Assembly: GCA_022813965.1 (NCBI GenBank)
Contig: JALDZS010000013.1
Location: forward strand, 124,001 to 188,000
Source: Toensbergia leucococca
Taxonomy: Eukaryota
Length of the DNA stretch: 64,000 nt
Reading direction: 5' to 3'
The notes below the pieces were generated by a model. That model worked only from the letters and a program-made list of their open reading frames with translations. It was not told the origin of the DNA and ran no database searches. A program made the position numbers and the translations under genes. Each line of letters starts with the position of its first letter. The first letter of the stretch is position 1. This document shows positions 26,493 to 40,346 of this stretch, piece after piece.

Positions 26493-27281
26493 GGTTATAA
26501 GCTAGAATGGAAGATGGAAATGGAGTAGGTGAGTTGGTTACGGTGAAGGTGAGTAAGTGGATAGTGAAGCAGGTGGTGACGATTACGATGGATGTATGCT
26601 TGGAGTGCAAAGAATTACTGTGATCAAGGGAAGCAAGGTCACGGTGAGAAAGTGCTATACGTCGACGTGAGAGTGGAATTGCTGAAGAGTAAAGGAGTAG
26701 GAATGTGCTCTGTTAAAGTACTCCTCTCTCCATCACCGAAGCTTTTCTAATTTGATCACTCCCCTTTGATAACTTTTCATACTTTACGGAATTGAGCCAG
26801 ATTGGTGCTTCGGCCTTCACATTCAATTCCAACCATAATCCCCGATTGGGTCTTGCTATTTTTTCGCCTGTTTGGGGTTCAGACTTAAGCTTAAAAACTT
26901 CTTCTATTGAATTGCTAGAAACTAGGACTCTTTTCGCACTCTTAGGATGTTTTTGAATTAGGACGATAAGTCTATTCGTTGTCGAACAGATTTTGAGCTT
27001 TGCTTAGTTCAGGTCCATTGGCAGCGGTTGAGATGAGGATAATACCCGTTCCGGGAAGATGAATACATTAGACTTCTAAAGTTTCTTACTTATTCACTCT
27101 GAAACAGGACCCTTAATGATGTTGAAGCCTTATTGTCATTTGGTTCATGTTCTATGAGTTTCTGTTAACTAATTAATAATGAATCAAAGGAGATTTTTAG
27201 GTTTTTCAATCAATACTCTTTTTTCTTCTCTCACTGATTAAAACATATTTCATTGATGAAGCATGTAACTTTCACTTAACA

Positions 27282-27760
27282 ATGAATCAATTTTGTGAGC
27301 GGCTCCGTACGAGCATCTATGTGTAGCTCATGACGGTGTGACTTTGGTATCAAGGTGACAGGTTATGAGCTACATTCAACAGACTTTACCTACGTAGACT
27401 GACTTAGCCTTCAGATAATGAAAAGTTATACCAAGCTGACCCTGATTCCAAGGTCATAAAAGCCCTACCATTGACAACCGGCCACCGACGGGGCTGACAA
27501 AGCTACGTAATCATCCGTCTTTACCGGAGAGAAAGAGATGGCAGCTTCTCATGTGCCCCACAGTCTCAAAGTCTACTAAACCCCCTTCACTTTGCTGATC
27601 TGTCATGAGGTTTTCTCATTGAAGTTGAAGACCCTTGTGAAGGAGAAGGCAGCTTGAACATAATTCATGTGAGCTTTCAAGATTGACCTCACTTGTCACT
27701 TCAAAATCACATAGGGTACCTATGAACCTTGTTAATGATATCATAGCTGTGACTTCTGTT
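27282..27760 (+). pseudogene. Decayed ORF of unknown family
   Basis: The frame from ATG 27282 reads MNQFCERLRTSIYV*LMTV*LWYQGDRL*ATFNRLYLRR... for ~160 codons. Its stops are only TGA or TAG. Confidence 0.35.
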
Positions 27761-29752
27761 CTCTGAAGAAAGGAGAGCTTGAACAAGTCTCAAGAGATGA
27801 ACATTGAAATGAATTTTATTATCCTAGCGGTCTCTTTAAGATTATAGTGCTATGCTTTATAAGCGCTGCTGATCAGAGCTGAGAGAGAGTTTCTGATTAT
27901 GCAACGTTGATGATGATTATGCAGGGGCCTGAGAGATCAGACTGATTTGAAGGATGCATCATTTCTTCTTTCTCACCCGGCCTAATATTGGTGGCGGGGC
28001 CGCTGATTGGGATTGCCGAGAAGTGAGGGTCTCATGCTCATTCGATGAGAGGGCTGGACAGGAGGCCTAGCATGGCCAGGGATGCAGCGACCGAGGCGGA
28101 AGCAATCGCTTTTTTCTCTGTTTGCGAGTGTGCTGTTCCTTAGTTTTCAACTTTCTCAAGCTGAGAATTAGCGTTCTATTGAGAGTATTTGACGGGGCTA
28201 GCACGATCCGATAACTCTCGAAGCGCAACAACGGAGTGCAATGAGTACACGGTCCGGCGACTAGGTAGCCATTGAGACATCAATAAGACGTCAAATAAGT
28301 GTCACTACCAGCGAGTATCAGCCTAGCGCACCTGCCAAAGTGCTCATAAAAGCATTCTTGAAGAGAAAGAGATGACAGGCTATCAGATTTAGCTAGGGAT
28401 TAAAGTCGAATGTTTCACAGGTTTCGATGACTATAGAAGGCCGTGTGTGGCGACAGTGAGGCGGCTGTGACAGGAAGAAGGAATTAGGAATTCTTTAGGC
28501 AAGTCTGGATTCGTCAAAGTTTAGAATGGAATGACAGAACCTATCAAAATATTCTAGGCAGAAGCTTTTGACGATGCCGCAGTACTTGCGGTCGGTTCTG
28601 CTCAAGACTCAATCTCAGACTCAGTGTATATTTAAGGAAGCAGTAGCGTTCAGATGACCTTGAATATGATTCACCCTTCTACCTAGCCGACTTTTGCCAT
28701 TTCTATCATTTATTGCCATCAGGCTCCATGATTCAGATCCCGTAAGAGAGTTGTTAGTAACTATGGATAAAGGATCTCACTCTGAATCTTCACCCCGCAT
28801 TATCTGCCTTGTGGGATTTGCCTAAACGTAAGCCTCTAGATCATATGCATGAAAAGGAGAGAAGTTTAAGACAAGGCTGATGCGGTGAGAGTGTCAAGAC
28901 AAAGGAACTTGAAGGAATGGGATTGTGATCTTTGCTAATGGTTTGGTTGATGAGGAATCTCAAGACAAAGGTGTCTCAAAATATGTAAACTGCTTGAAGA
29001 TGAAAGAATGTTGTCGGTCGTATTATTCTATCATTGGTAGGGTAGAGTAGAGAATGGCACACTCTATTCTTGTGACCAATCCATGCTTCGGACACTGGAG
29101 CCCGGACCCAAGGACTGTTATGTACCTGCAGATGGTGCTGGGAAGATGCCTGCTTAGACATACCCAGATTAGATAGCGCCCTACCTTATCGCAGCTCATT
29201 ACCGCCCAGGGGGTGACGACTGTTTCATCCCCGCCAAAATTCCTTCACTCCTCCTCGTCAGCAGCGCCTCCAGGATTGCACTGAGGCCTGTTGGCAAGGC
29301 ATGCTGAAAACCAAAACCATCTCAGACCATCTCAGATTGACCGTCACGAGAAGATGGAGTCAGACTTCACTGCCTCAATCCCTTGAACCCCAATCTGCAT
29401 ATATTAATGCACATGTAGCTCTTCACCATGATGATCAATAGGTAATCTTGACAGTGAATTAACATTACCTTACCTTAGGTAGGCACTTTAGTATCCGCCC
29501 GCTTGTGCATGATTAGGGAGTTTCATCATAAACCAGGTATGAAAATTAACATCGCCCCTTCATCCTTCCTTTGACCTACCTTTCTTTGTACGCCGCACAA
29601 TTATTCGTCTTTCTTTCTTTCTTTCAGCCCTGTCTCTTGTTGTCAATCAACACCACGCTCCTTAAGCACCCGTGAGACTCGATTGATTCGGTCTCTTACA
29701 CACTCTTTTCACTACCCAATCGCAGAACTCACTCTTTCGTTCTGCCTCTAAA

Positions 29753-31095
29753 ATGTTGTTCGCTCACTCTTTCGCGGCAGCCTTAGCCATCATGGGCGGT
29801 CCTCTCAGAGCCCACGCAAAGGCCGTCTTTGCCCATATGATAGTAAGTACCTTTCGTCATACCTAGCCCAGGCGCATACACAAACGCTTACATGTCTACA
29901 GATCGGAAACACTGCAGGCAGTACTCCTGACGACTGGGCTGACGATATCGAGAAAGCCAAAGATGCCGGCATCGACGGCTTTGCCCTGAACATCGCCCCT
30001 GGCGACTCTTATACTGGCACCTCCCTCACCAATGCCTACAACGCTGCAGACTCGGCTGGCAACTTCAGCCTCTTCCTCTCGTTCGACTACCTCTCTCAAG
30101 GCGCCTGGCCCGCTGCTAACGTCATCACCACCATCAACACTTACGCCAGCCACTCCAGTCAATTCCACTACAACGGCAAACCCCTCGTCTCTACATTTGA
30201 AGGCACCAGCAACGTCAACGACTGGCCGGGCATCAAATCGGCAACCGGTTGCACCTTCATCCCCGACTGGTCTAGTCTTGGTGCACAAGGCATCCCCCTC
30301 GACGTCGTCGACGGCGCCTTTTCCTGGAACGCCTGGCCCAATGGCCCCGAAAACATGACCGATACCGACGACATCGCCTGGAAAACCGCCCTCAACGGAA
30401 AACCCTATATGATGGGCGTCTCACCCTGGTTCTACACCAATCTCCCCCAATGGAACAAAAATTGGCTCTGGCGCGGCGATGGCCTCTGGTCCACCCGCTG
30501 GGAACAAGTCATCGCCCTGCAGCCCGAACTGGTCGAAATCATCACCTGGAACGACTATGGCGAATCGCACTACATCGGCCCCGTCCGCGCGCAAGGGATC
30601 CCCGAAAGCGCATCCCGCTACGTCGACAACATGCCCCACGACCACTGGCGTGACCTGCTCCCCTTTTACATCGCCGCTTACAAGAATGCCTCTGCTCCCG
30701 CTATCACTGCCGACAAAGTCGTCTTCTACCACCGCCCCAACCCCGCCGCCAATGCTGGCTCCGCAACTGGTGGTACCACGGGCAATAACCCGAGTCAAGG
30801 CCAGCAGGCGTACGCGCCTGGCGATCTCCTCGAGGACAATATCTACGTCGACGTCCTCGTCATAGCTCCCTCGACCGTCAACGTCCAAATCGGAAGCAAC
30901 TCCGCTACGACGTGGCAAGCGCCTCACGCGGGTATCAATAATATCACCGTACCATTCAACGGGCAGACGGGCACGGTAAATGTCACGGTGCAGCGGAACG
31001 GGCAAAACGTTGCTGCCGCGTCCGGGCCGGGGATTACGGATGCGTTGGATGGGGGGCTAATTAATTGGAATGCTTATGTTGGGGGTTCGGGTTGA
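29753..31095 (+). CDS. Glycoside hydrolase family 71 alpha-1,3-glucanase (mutanase); 2 exons
   Basis: Signal peptide then KAVFAHMI. Intron 29843-29901. Motifs GIDGFALNI, SFDY, PLVSTFEG, FIPDW, YMMGVSPWFYT and EIITWNDYGESHYIGP. Confidence 0.95.
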
Positions 31096-33260
31096 GATTA
31101 GTGCGAAATGTTCTTGTTATGTTTGGCTTCTTCTATTTCTCTGTTGTATTTGGATGCTTGGAGATGGGGTAGAGGTGATTTGGATTTGGAGGAGCTTGGA
31201 GCTAGCTGATGTTGCTTTGGGTGAATTGTAAAGGGGTGGGAGTGGGTAAGGTAGATACACACACTAACAATGCAAGAGATCACATGTGACGATGTAGTGT
31301 TGAAAGGTGTCTGAAAAGAATAATGGTGACGACTGTATTGTCTACGGCTATTGACAGCCAGAGCAGGTAACTCTTCACCCCCTCCTTTTTTTCCCCCACA
31401 TCACCGACTTGATTCATTCCTTTTGGAATTTTCAACTAGGTACGTGCGGACTCATCGATAACTGAGAGGAAAAAGTATCACCGATCTTCTCGACCGTAGT
31501 CTATGAGTCCTTTTTTTTTAACTTTTTTTTTTTTGGAGATCAGAGGTTCTTCATCAGCCGTGTCCAGAGACTCATTCCGAGAGAGTGAAGGGGTTCGCAG
31601 GGCGCTTTCTCTGTGCTAGGTAGCTTTTGGCTGCCTGGTAAATATGAATCTTTTGAATTAAGGATATTTTCTTGGAGTTTTTGGGGCGGGAAGCTTGGGG
31701 TGGTGTTTTTTGGGGAATTGGGGGTTTTTTTTTGTTTTTGGATTCTTTGTTTTGGTTTGATTGTGGTGAATGATGCTGATTTGTGGGTTGGGGGGGGGGG
31801 GTTTCGTGGTGTTAGTTGACAATTTGCGTGTTTTGGGATTAGGTTTTTTTTTTTTGAAGAAGGGGTTGGTGCGACGTTTGGAGGGGTCGAGCGACGGGTT
31901 GTAGGATACTTTGATGCATCAGTTTTGAGAATGTTTGTAGTTGGGACGGGATGGGATGGGGATTGAGGTGGGGGTTTTTGTTGAGGTGGTGGTTTGTGAG
32001 GATGGTTTTGTGTAATGGGAGAGAGGGGCTTTTTTGATGCTGGAGAGATCGTTGATTTAGGTAGGGAAATTGGTATTTTGGTGTCTTTTGAAGGCGCTGC
32101 GTTTATGTATGCTATGGCAACTACCTGGTCGAGGACTGAAGTAATGATAGCATTGTCCTTTTTGTGGCTGCGTGTCAGGTGAATTGCTAGTGCTTGGTAG
32201 CTCAGGTCCCAGCCAGTGATTAACTTGTCAGAATCGTCCTTGGCAAAGTTGAAAATATGCCTCTCCTGAACACGCCTCGTGGGATTTTCAGACTTGATAT
32301 TCTAGTTCGCCGCGAATCCAGGTTTCAGAATCTTGGCATGGCATCTAATTGGTTTTTGATGTTGAGCTTAATTGTCGCGGCTGAGGAATGACTGACTACC
32401 TACCTAGGCTTCTTCACATGGCCCTTTTTCATTAGGATCGTCCTAGGACGTAGAAGTGCTTGCAACGTAGGTTTTGATTGTGGGCCACAAGTTTAAGGGT
32501 TGCTTCTATGTCTAAGTTCTTGTGAGGCTGTTAGAATATTCTCTTGTGAATGAGTATTCCTGCACGTTCTTTGCTGTAACACAACGCGTGGAAGTTCACG
32601 AATGGTCTTGAGAAATAGGTACTTATTTCATTTCATAGCCATTCATGAGCGCTTTCAGTGATAGAGTACTGGCAAGCACGTGGCAAGCAACGTTGATAGC
32701 CTCTTAGGCAACCACTCTGAAAATGCCGCTCCTTGACAGTCAGAGGAGACTTATTGGTGGAGATTGATGCTACTTCTCGGCATGTTAGGCGAGGTGAACG
32801 GGTGGCGTTTTTTTCAACGTCCAATCTTGTAGATTAGGTGTGGATGGAATTTGGGAAGAGGGCGAGAGCGTAGAATAGAGCCTTTTCTTTTTTGAGCACT
32901 TGCTTATGACACTTGAAATATGGTAGACTAGGCAAGAAATTGGTCCAAAGTGTTTGGTCAAGCCAACTGGCAATTCAATCTCGTCGCGTCCCACCTAAAG
33001 TATCTTAAATATTGTGATCAGATAAGAAGAGAACATTAGGTTGTGGATCAACTGCCCATTAGGGCAAGTTGCCGGGCGCATGGTGGCGTGTGCGCCTTGA
33101 TTGGCAGAACACCAAGGGGACCGGAGTGGTGACGACGGGCGGGCAGATTTTGCGACATTTTGTTTAGAATACCACTTCATGTACATATTAGAATACTATC
33201 GTCCGAAATACTTTCCATCATGATAATTGCAAAGATTCAATCCTTACTGCTGCAAATACG

Positions 33261-36200
33261 ATGTTGTTGCTACGCCAGATATGGACTTTGACCGTCAAAA
33301 ACATCCTGGTCGTCCTTCTCCGACACTCAAGAAGCACCACCTATCGCGCCTTTGTTCTCCCGATCCTATTCATCACCTTCCAATCCTACGCCAGAAACCT
33401 CTTCATTCCCCCTTCGGCATATGGCGTGGGCAATGCTACTCCTGTGAGATCTCTGGCCAGTGCAATCTCCGCCGCTGGAGCAGGGAGAAACACCATCGCT
33501 TTCGTGAACAATGGACTCGTGGGAGGCGATATTGATAAGGTCATACAGCAGGTGGCCGGACCTGTGCAATCAGAGGGGAAGACGGTACAAATACTATCTC
33601 GGGAAGACGACCTTCTCACCATCTGCCCAAGCAGTATAAGGGCTGTTTCCAATTGTTATGCTGCCGCTGTATTCTTCGCTTCACCTACCGAAGGTCCTGG
33701 GGGCATGTGGAACTATTCAATTCGTGCCGATGGAGCCCTTGGCAGTAGTATCTACACTACCAACACCCACAACGATGCAGAGATATATACATTACCGCTG
33801 CAGCATGCCATTGACTTCACCATTGCTTCTCTCAATACTTCTATAGATCAAGCTAGCCTTCCTAGCCAAGTCGATGAGTATCCTTACACCTCACAGACCC
33901 AAGCTCAGCGATCTGAATCGATAAGGATCCGCTTCATGAACGGTATCATTGAGGTCCTCGGTGTTGTATTCTTCATTGGCATGGTTGGAATATCGTATCA
34001 ACTGGTTGGTCTCATGGCATCGGAAAGAGAGATTGGTATCACACAACTGATTGATGGCATGATGCCGAATACGAGACGATGGGAACCGCAGATAGTTCGA
34101 ATTATATCGACTCATCTCGCATTCGATATCATGTATCTCCCTGGCTGGGTAGGCATGGCATTGATCTTGTCGCAAGGTGTATTTGCAAAAACATCGGTTG
34201 CTATTGTCTTATTTTTTTATATCCTGGCCGGATTATCCTTGTCTTCTTTCTCCATATTTGGAGGGGCTTTCTTTAAGAAAGCTCAATTGAGTGGAATCTC
34301 CTCGGTCATAATTTCGTTGCTGCTCGCCATTGTGGCGCAGATCTCGAACAAAGCTAGTACTGGACCGATTGCAGTGCTATCTCTTCTTTTCCCACCGATG
34401 ACCTTCACTTTGTTTCTTACTTTAATGGCGCGGTAAGGAGTCCTGCTAAACGAGATTGAGAAATCGGGCTGACCTTGTCTTCTTTCGCAGCTGGGAGCGA
34501 CAGGCTGAACCTACTAACTTGATCAAACCCGCTCCGCAAAATCCTTCTACACTACCTGGAATAGTCTTCTTCATATTCTTTATCATACAGATCATTGCTT
34601 TCCCGTTCCTCGGGGCCCTTGTGGAAAAGCTACTTTACGGCACTGCGTCAAAGGGACGGAAGGTCTTTGTTGATGAAGGAGATTCTCGTCCTGCAGTAGA
34701 ACTCTCGGCATTCACGAAACAATACCCTCCCAACTGGTTTGCTCGAAGTATCGGCTCTCGATTCAGAAAGCCCAAAGAATCTGTCATTGCAGTCAACAAT
34801 CTGAGCCTAACGGTGCGCAGAGGGCAGATCTTAGTCCTACTTGGAGCTAACGGCAGGTAAGTTGTGAGTTCTGATGTTGAACATACTCGTAAATGTATCA
34901 ACAATTTGAAGCTTCGAATTAACTAATCTGAACAGCGGAAAATCTACAACGCTCGATGCAATCGCTGGATTGAACACGATTACGAGTGGAACAATAGCTG
35001 TTGATGGTTCCGGCGGACTTGGCCTTTGCCCCCAGAAGAACGTCATGTGGCCTGATGTGACTGTAGAAGAGCATGTAAATATATTCAATCGGCTCAAGTC
35101 CACTGGCACACCAGCATCGAAGGTTGAAGTGCGGGAGCTCATTTCAGCATGTGATCTCGGTAGCAAGCTCGGAGCCCAATCCAAAACTTTGTCTGGGGGC
35201 CAAAAGAGGAAGCTCGCATTAGGTATGATGTTCATAGGGGGAAGCCGCGTCTGTTGCGTCGACGAATGTAGCAGTGGAGTCGATGCACTTGCTCGCAGTA
35301 AGCTATGGGACATTCTGCTCGCAGAGAGAGGGCGACGGACAATCATTTTCACGACCCATTTCCTCGATGAGGCCGACTTGCTTTCGGATCAAATCGCTAT
35401 ATTATCGAGGGGGGTCTTGAAAGCAGAGGGTTCGGCGGTCGAGCTTAAGCACCGACTCGGTGGTGGCTATCGGATTCATCTATATGACAGCCCTGGTGGA
35501 CCATCTCCGCTTGAGTTTCCCGGCATCACATCAAAGGCCATCTACGGTCAAACTACTTATAGCGTTCCTGACTCGGCTCAAGCAGCGTGGCTCATCACTA
35601 AGCTTGAACAGGAAGGATTCAAGGATTATGAGATTGCTGGGCCGACCATAGAAGATTGTTTCTTCAAGGTTGCAGAGGATACCGAGAATGAATCGAGTGG
35701 TCAACAAAGGATTCAGGATGTATCTGAGTCTCATTCACCTAAAGTGTCTGGCGAGGCGGTGATCATTCAAGAGAAGAAAGCCTCCACCAAGGAATACGTC
35801 GACGAGGGCCCACAGCTTCGGACTGGTAAACGTCTCGGCATGATACTTCAAGCGGGAGCTCTCTTTCGCAAACGATTGACCGTCCTTCGACGGAACCCAA
35901 TACCCTATTGCGCTGCGTTTCTCTTACCAGGTAAGATATTTTCTTTGGCTTGAATGAACATCGCTGACCATCTTCGCAGTCATTGCCGGAGGTCTCGTGA
36001 CTCTTTTCCTTAAAGGGTACAGCGGGACAGGCTGCTCCCCGACGGATCAAGTGGCTGCATCAGACATATCTTCATTCAGTACGCAAACCACGTATCAACT
36101 AGTTGTCGGACCTTCGAGCAGGATTTCGACTGAGGTTCTAAGCCGTCTTGAAAGCACACTTCCTGGCGGCGGCCCGGGCGCGGGTGGATTATCTACACTC

Positions 36201-38354
36201 CAATCCGCCTTGCATGTCGTGGATACTCTGGATGATTTCAATGACTATATCAACCAAAATTACGCAAATGTAACTCCTGGTGGCTTCTTCCTCGGAGAGA
36301 ATGGATCTCCAGTCACTTTTGCTTGGAAAGGAGACGCAGATATCTCCGTCGCTACTATTACACAAAATTTACTGGACAGTTTATTAACGAATGTTTCAAT
36401 CAGTAGTCAATACCAGAGCTTTGACATACCATGGACACCTTCAGTCGGGAAGACTCTTCAACTGATCGTCTACTTCGGTTTAGCCATGTGTGCATACCCT
36501 GCTTTCTTCGTTCTCTATCCAACCGCTGAGCGCCTTCGGAATGTGCGGGCAGTACATTATAGCAATGGGGTTAGGAGCTTACCTCTATGGCTGGCATATG
36601 CTTCCTTCGACTTTCTGATAGCACTCGCAGCTAGTGTCATCGTTATCGCTATCTTTGTGGGAGCTTCTAGCGCATGGTACTACCCCGGATACTTATTTGT
36701 TGTACTCTTTTGCTACGGATTAGCTTCGATCCTCCTATCCTATGTCGTATCACTCTTCGCCCGGTCTCAACTCGCCGCCTTCGCCGTTGTTGCAGGGTAC
36801 CAAGCTGTTCTTTTCCTTTTGTATTTTATTGCCTACCTAAGCGTTCTCACCTATTCCCCAACTAACAAAGTAGATTCCTACCTTGAGATTGTTCATTTCA
36901 CAATTTCTCTCATATCTCCCGCCGGCAGTCTAATTCGCGGAATGTTCGTCGGGTTGAATGTCTTCTCCATTTTATGCCGCGGCCATTCGATAGCGTCATA
37001 TCCTGGGGAGATAACACTTTATGGTGGTCCAATACTTTACCTACTCGTACAGTCTTTCCTTTTGTTTGGCTTCCTAATATGGTGGGACGAAAGTTCAATT
37101 TGGGCGATACTACGACATCGAAAATACAAAGCTGAAGACGAAGAGGAAGCAGACTTGCAAGATGATGAGATCGCTTCGGAGGTTAAGCGTGTCAAAGCTT
37201 CGACCGATGATGGCCTCCAAGTGTTGCATCTCAACAAGTCATACGGAAAAAATGTCGCAGTCCAAGACGTCACCTTTGGTGTCAAGCACGGTGAAGTGTT
37301 TGGATTGCTTGGGCCTAATGGAGCTGGAAAATCCACCTTGATTAGTCTTATCAGAGGAGACATTCGTCCTTCGCACAATGGCGGTAAGATGTTTATTGAA
37401 AACAAGTCCATCAACAAGCAAGCTGCTCGCTCACAATTGGGCGTGTGCCCTCAATTTGACAGCATCGACCAGATGACTGTCCTCGAGCATCTTAGATTTT
37501 ATGCTCGTATCAGAGGCGTTGATGATGTCGAACATAACGTTCGAGAAGTCGTCCGCGCTGTTGGGCTAGAGAGATTTGCAAGCAGGATGGCCGCTAAACT
37601 CTCAGGTGGGAACAGGAGGAAACTCAGCTTGGGGATAGCATTGATGGGAGGACCCAAAGTTCTATTACTTGACGAACCTTCCTCGGGAATGGACGTTACC
37701 TCCAAACGGATCATGTGGCGTACTTTGGCCTCGGTTGTGCCAGGAAGGAGTTTGGTACTCACGACGCATAGCATGGAAGAGGCAGACGCATTGGCTAACC
37801 GAGTCGGCATCATGGCTAAGAAGATGCTCGCGCTGGGAACTAGCGATTATCTTCGAAGGAAACACGGCGATCGATATCACGTTCATCTCATCACGACAAC
37901 AGCGCCGCATACGTCGTCGGAAGAGATGGATAGAATAAAAATTTGGGTAGCTACCAATTTTGAAGGAGCCGTAGTTGAGCAAAAGACTTATCATGGTCAA
38001 CTGCGTTTTAGCGTCCCCGCACGCTCGAGTATTACAGTCCAGCCTCGAAGAACACCATCCTTTGACGACAACGACATCAAGCGGTGCGACGTTGTGGATA
38101 TCAAAGGGCACGACCACAGCGACGAAATCAACGGCATCGGTGCGCTCTTCACGACCCTAGAGACGCAGAAGGAGGAATTGGGCTTTGAATACTATTCCGT
38201 GAGCCAGACCACGCTCGATCAAGTCTTTTTAAGCATCGTGGGAAAGCATCATATTGAGGAGGAAAATTACGCGGTTCTTCCGAAGAAGAAGCCGGTTTGG
38301 AAGCGGGCGTTGCGACGGTGGTTCTTGGTAGACGTCTTTGAGAGGGGAGCGTGA
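33261..38354 (+). CDS. Full-length ABCA-subfamily transporter (TMD-NBD-TMD-NBD); 4 exons
   Basis: Exons 33261-34432, 34491-34856, 34936-35930 and 35980-38354. Walker A GANGSGKST and GPNGAGKST. Signatures LSGGQKRKL and LSGGNRRKL. TTHFLDEAD and TTHSMEEADAL. C-terminal SVSQTTLDQVF. Confidence 0.95.
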
Positions 38355-39370
38355 TGGTGTTGGGGGGGATGTGTATATGGGGGTTGGATTGGTCTTGGGC
38401 CCTAAGGGTATTTCCTTTTTTTTTCTTTTTTTGTGAATAGGTGAATATGATGAATTTTAATACAGATTATTTTTTTATTCTTATGATGGAGCGGTAAAGG
38501 GGACAGACTGACTAGGTAAGAATTCTAATGCTTGTATGGATAGATGAAAACCTTGGTACCCCAACCTTTGACATCAGAGGTGAAGTTTTAATGAAGTTCT
38601 TGCATTCTTGGTGAATGTGGCAGGTTAGCTGAATGTCTAGCACTGTTTAGCGCATCTCCATACATAACGTTTCTTGAACCTTGTCAACATTTTGACAAGC
38701 ATTTAAATTGCACTTCCACCATGGGGCTTCCGGTACCTAACCTAGGTGATGAGTATTTACCTACCTCAGCTTGTGATTACTAGAATAGAATAGCCCCCGC
38801 TTCCAGCTTACCTTACCACCTTACCTAAGGTAACTCCGCCCCACCTGCCACTTGTTTAACGACACATCTTCATCTTCATCTTCCTCCTTTTTTGTATTTT
38901 ATATACGTCTTGATTAAATTAACATATGGACTGTCTCCTGATGATATAGAGATGCCGCAGACAATTTACTTCCCTCACCTTCATCCTCATCATACTTCTA
39001 GCAATTTCTACCATCAGTGATTAAACATGAAACGTGCATTTGGTGCCGCATGGCTGTGTCATGAAACCGCAGATAACAACAAGGCTGGCTCTCTGGCACT
39101 TACAATTGACGCTGTGCGCCCACCCATCGGGAGGGATACAGTAGGTGGTCTCTGGCTAAGTAATTATATCATATCACTGCCATCATGGCTGTGCTTCCAC
39201 CTCGTCTTTCATTCATCTATATCATCCGTTCGAGGACCAATCCATGCTTCAACACTCCATTCATCGCTCTGCTAATTCACCGCAGACTGTACCCCTCGGA
39301 ATATTAGGCCCGACTCTACTACCTTGAAATTTACCTTGCTATCCTGGACATTGAAGACACGTCCGTCAAT

Positions 39371-39965
39371 ATGCTATCCTTCAGCCATCCGAGAACCCTC
39401 TACTTTACTCGCATTGGCCAGCTTGCCCTAGCTATTGGCTACCTGATTCTTATCTGCTGGTGCGGGGTTCATCGCAGATGGTGGACCAACATTACCGCTG
39501 CTCTCGCCATTGGGGGTACGATAGAGCATTTGCTTCATACAAACTGAATACTAATTACCATCTACAGTCATCACCTCCATCTTCACTCTCGTCGTTGGTA
39601 TTCACGGTATCTGGAATCACCACCGTAGAAATCCCTTCGTTGGCCATGGCAAGGGCTATGCCTGGGCCAGACTTGGTGTCGAAGCTTTCATGATCCTCAT
39701 GTGGATAGCCTCTGTAGCATTGATGCTAAGACCCAAGGGTGTCAAGCCCGGCAACTGGAATGCCACCGAATTACCGCCGGATGTAGAATGGGATATTGGC
39801 ATTGCATTTGACTTTGTGGAGATGTATGGTTTTCCCCCTTCTCGTTTTGTTGTTTCTTGAGGGCTTATTTGTGCGGGTCAATTCAGTATCTCCTTTATGT
39901 TATCCTTATACATGGTGTTCAGAGAGGATCGAACTGCCAAGGTTGGAGGGTCTGACTATGTTTGA
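39371..39965 (+). CDS. Small four-TM MARVEL-like membrane protein; 3 exons
   Basis: Exons 39371-39515, 39568-39823 and 39887-39965 splice in frame to MLSFSHPRTLYFTRIGQLALAIGYLILICW...ARLGVEAFMILMWIASVALML...WDIGIAFDFVEIISFMLSLYMVF...DYV*. Confidence 0.75.
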
Positions 39966-40346
39966 GCGTCTCGAATGGCTAGATGATGAAGAAGGACAGT
40001 ATAGAGAGATGGAGCTGGCCGGGGGGTACCGTCTTTATGAAGGATATCATAGAGCCGTGTGCAGTCTTGACCCAGACCACCTAGATTTTATAGTATTAAT
40101 GACTCAACAAATGAACGTCTTACTGAGGCCGCAAGATTCGTTTGGTCTCCCGTACAATTCGATCCACACGAGTTTATGGTCAAGGCTTGAAAAGATCGGA
40201 ATTTCGCGAAATTTCCCCGGACCTCGTCTCACTTCCCTTCATGCTCAGGTATTTATACCATTCCACCCCGCAACATGATACATAATCCAAGACATCTCAA
40301 TGATACAACCTGAACCTTCTTTGTAATACCAAAGCAACATTGTACC

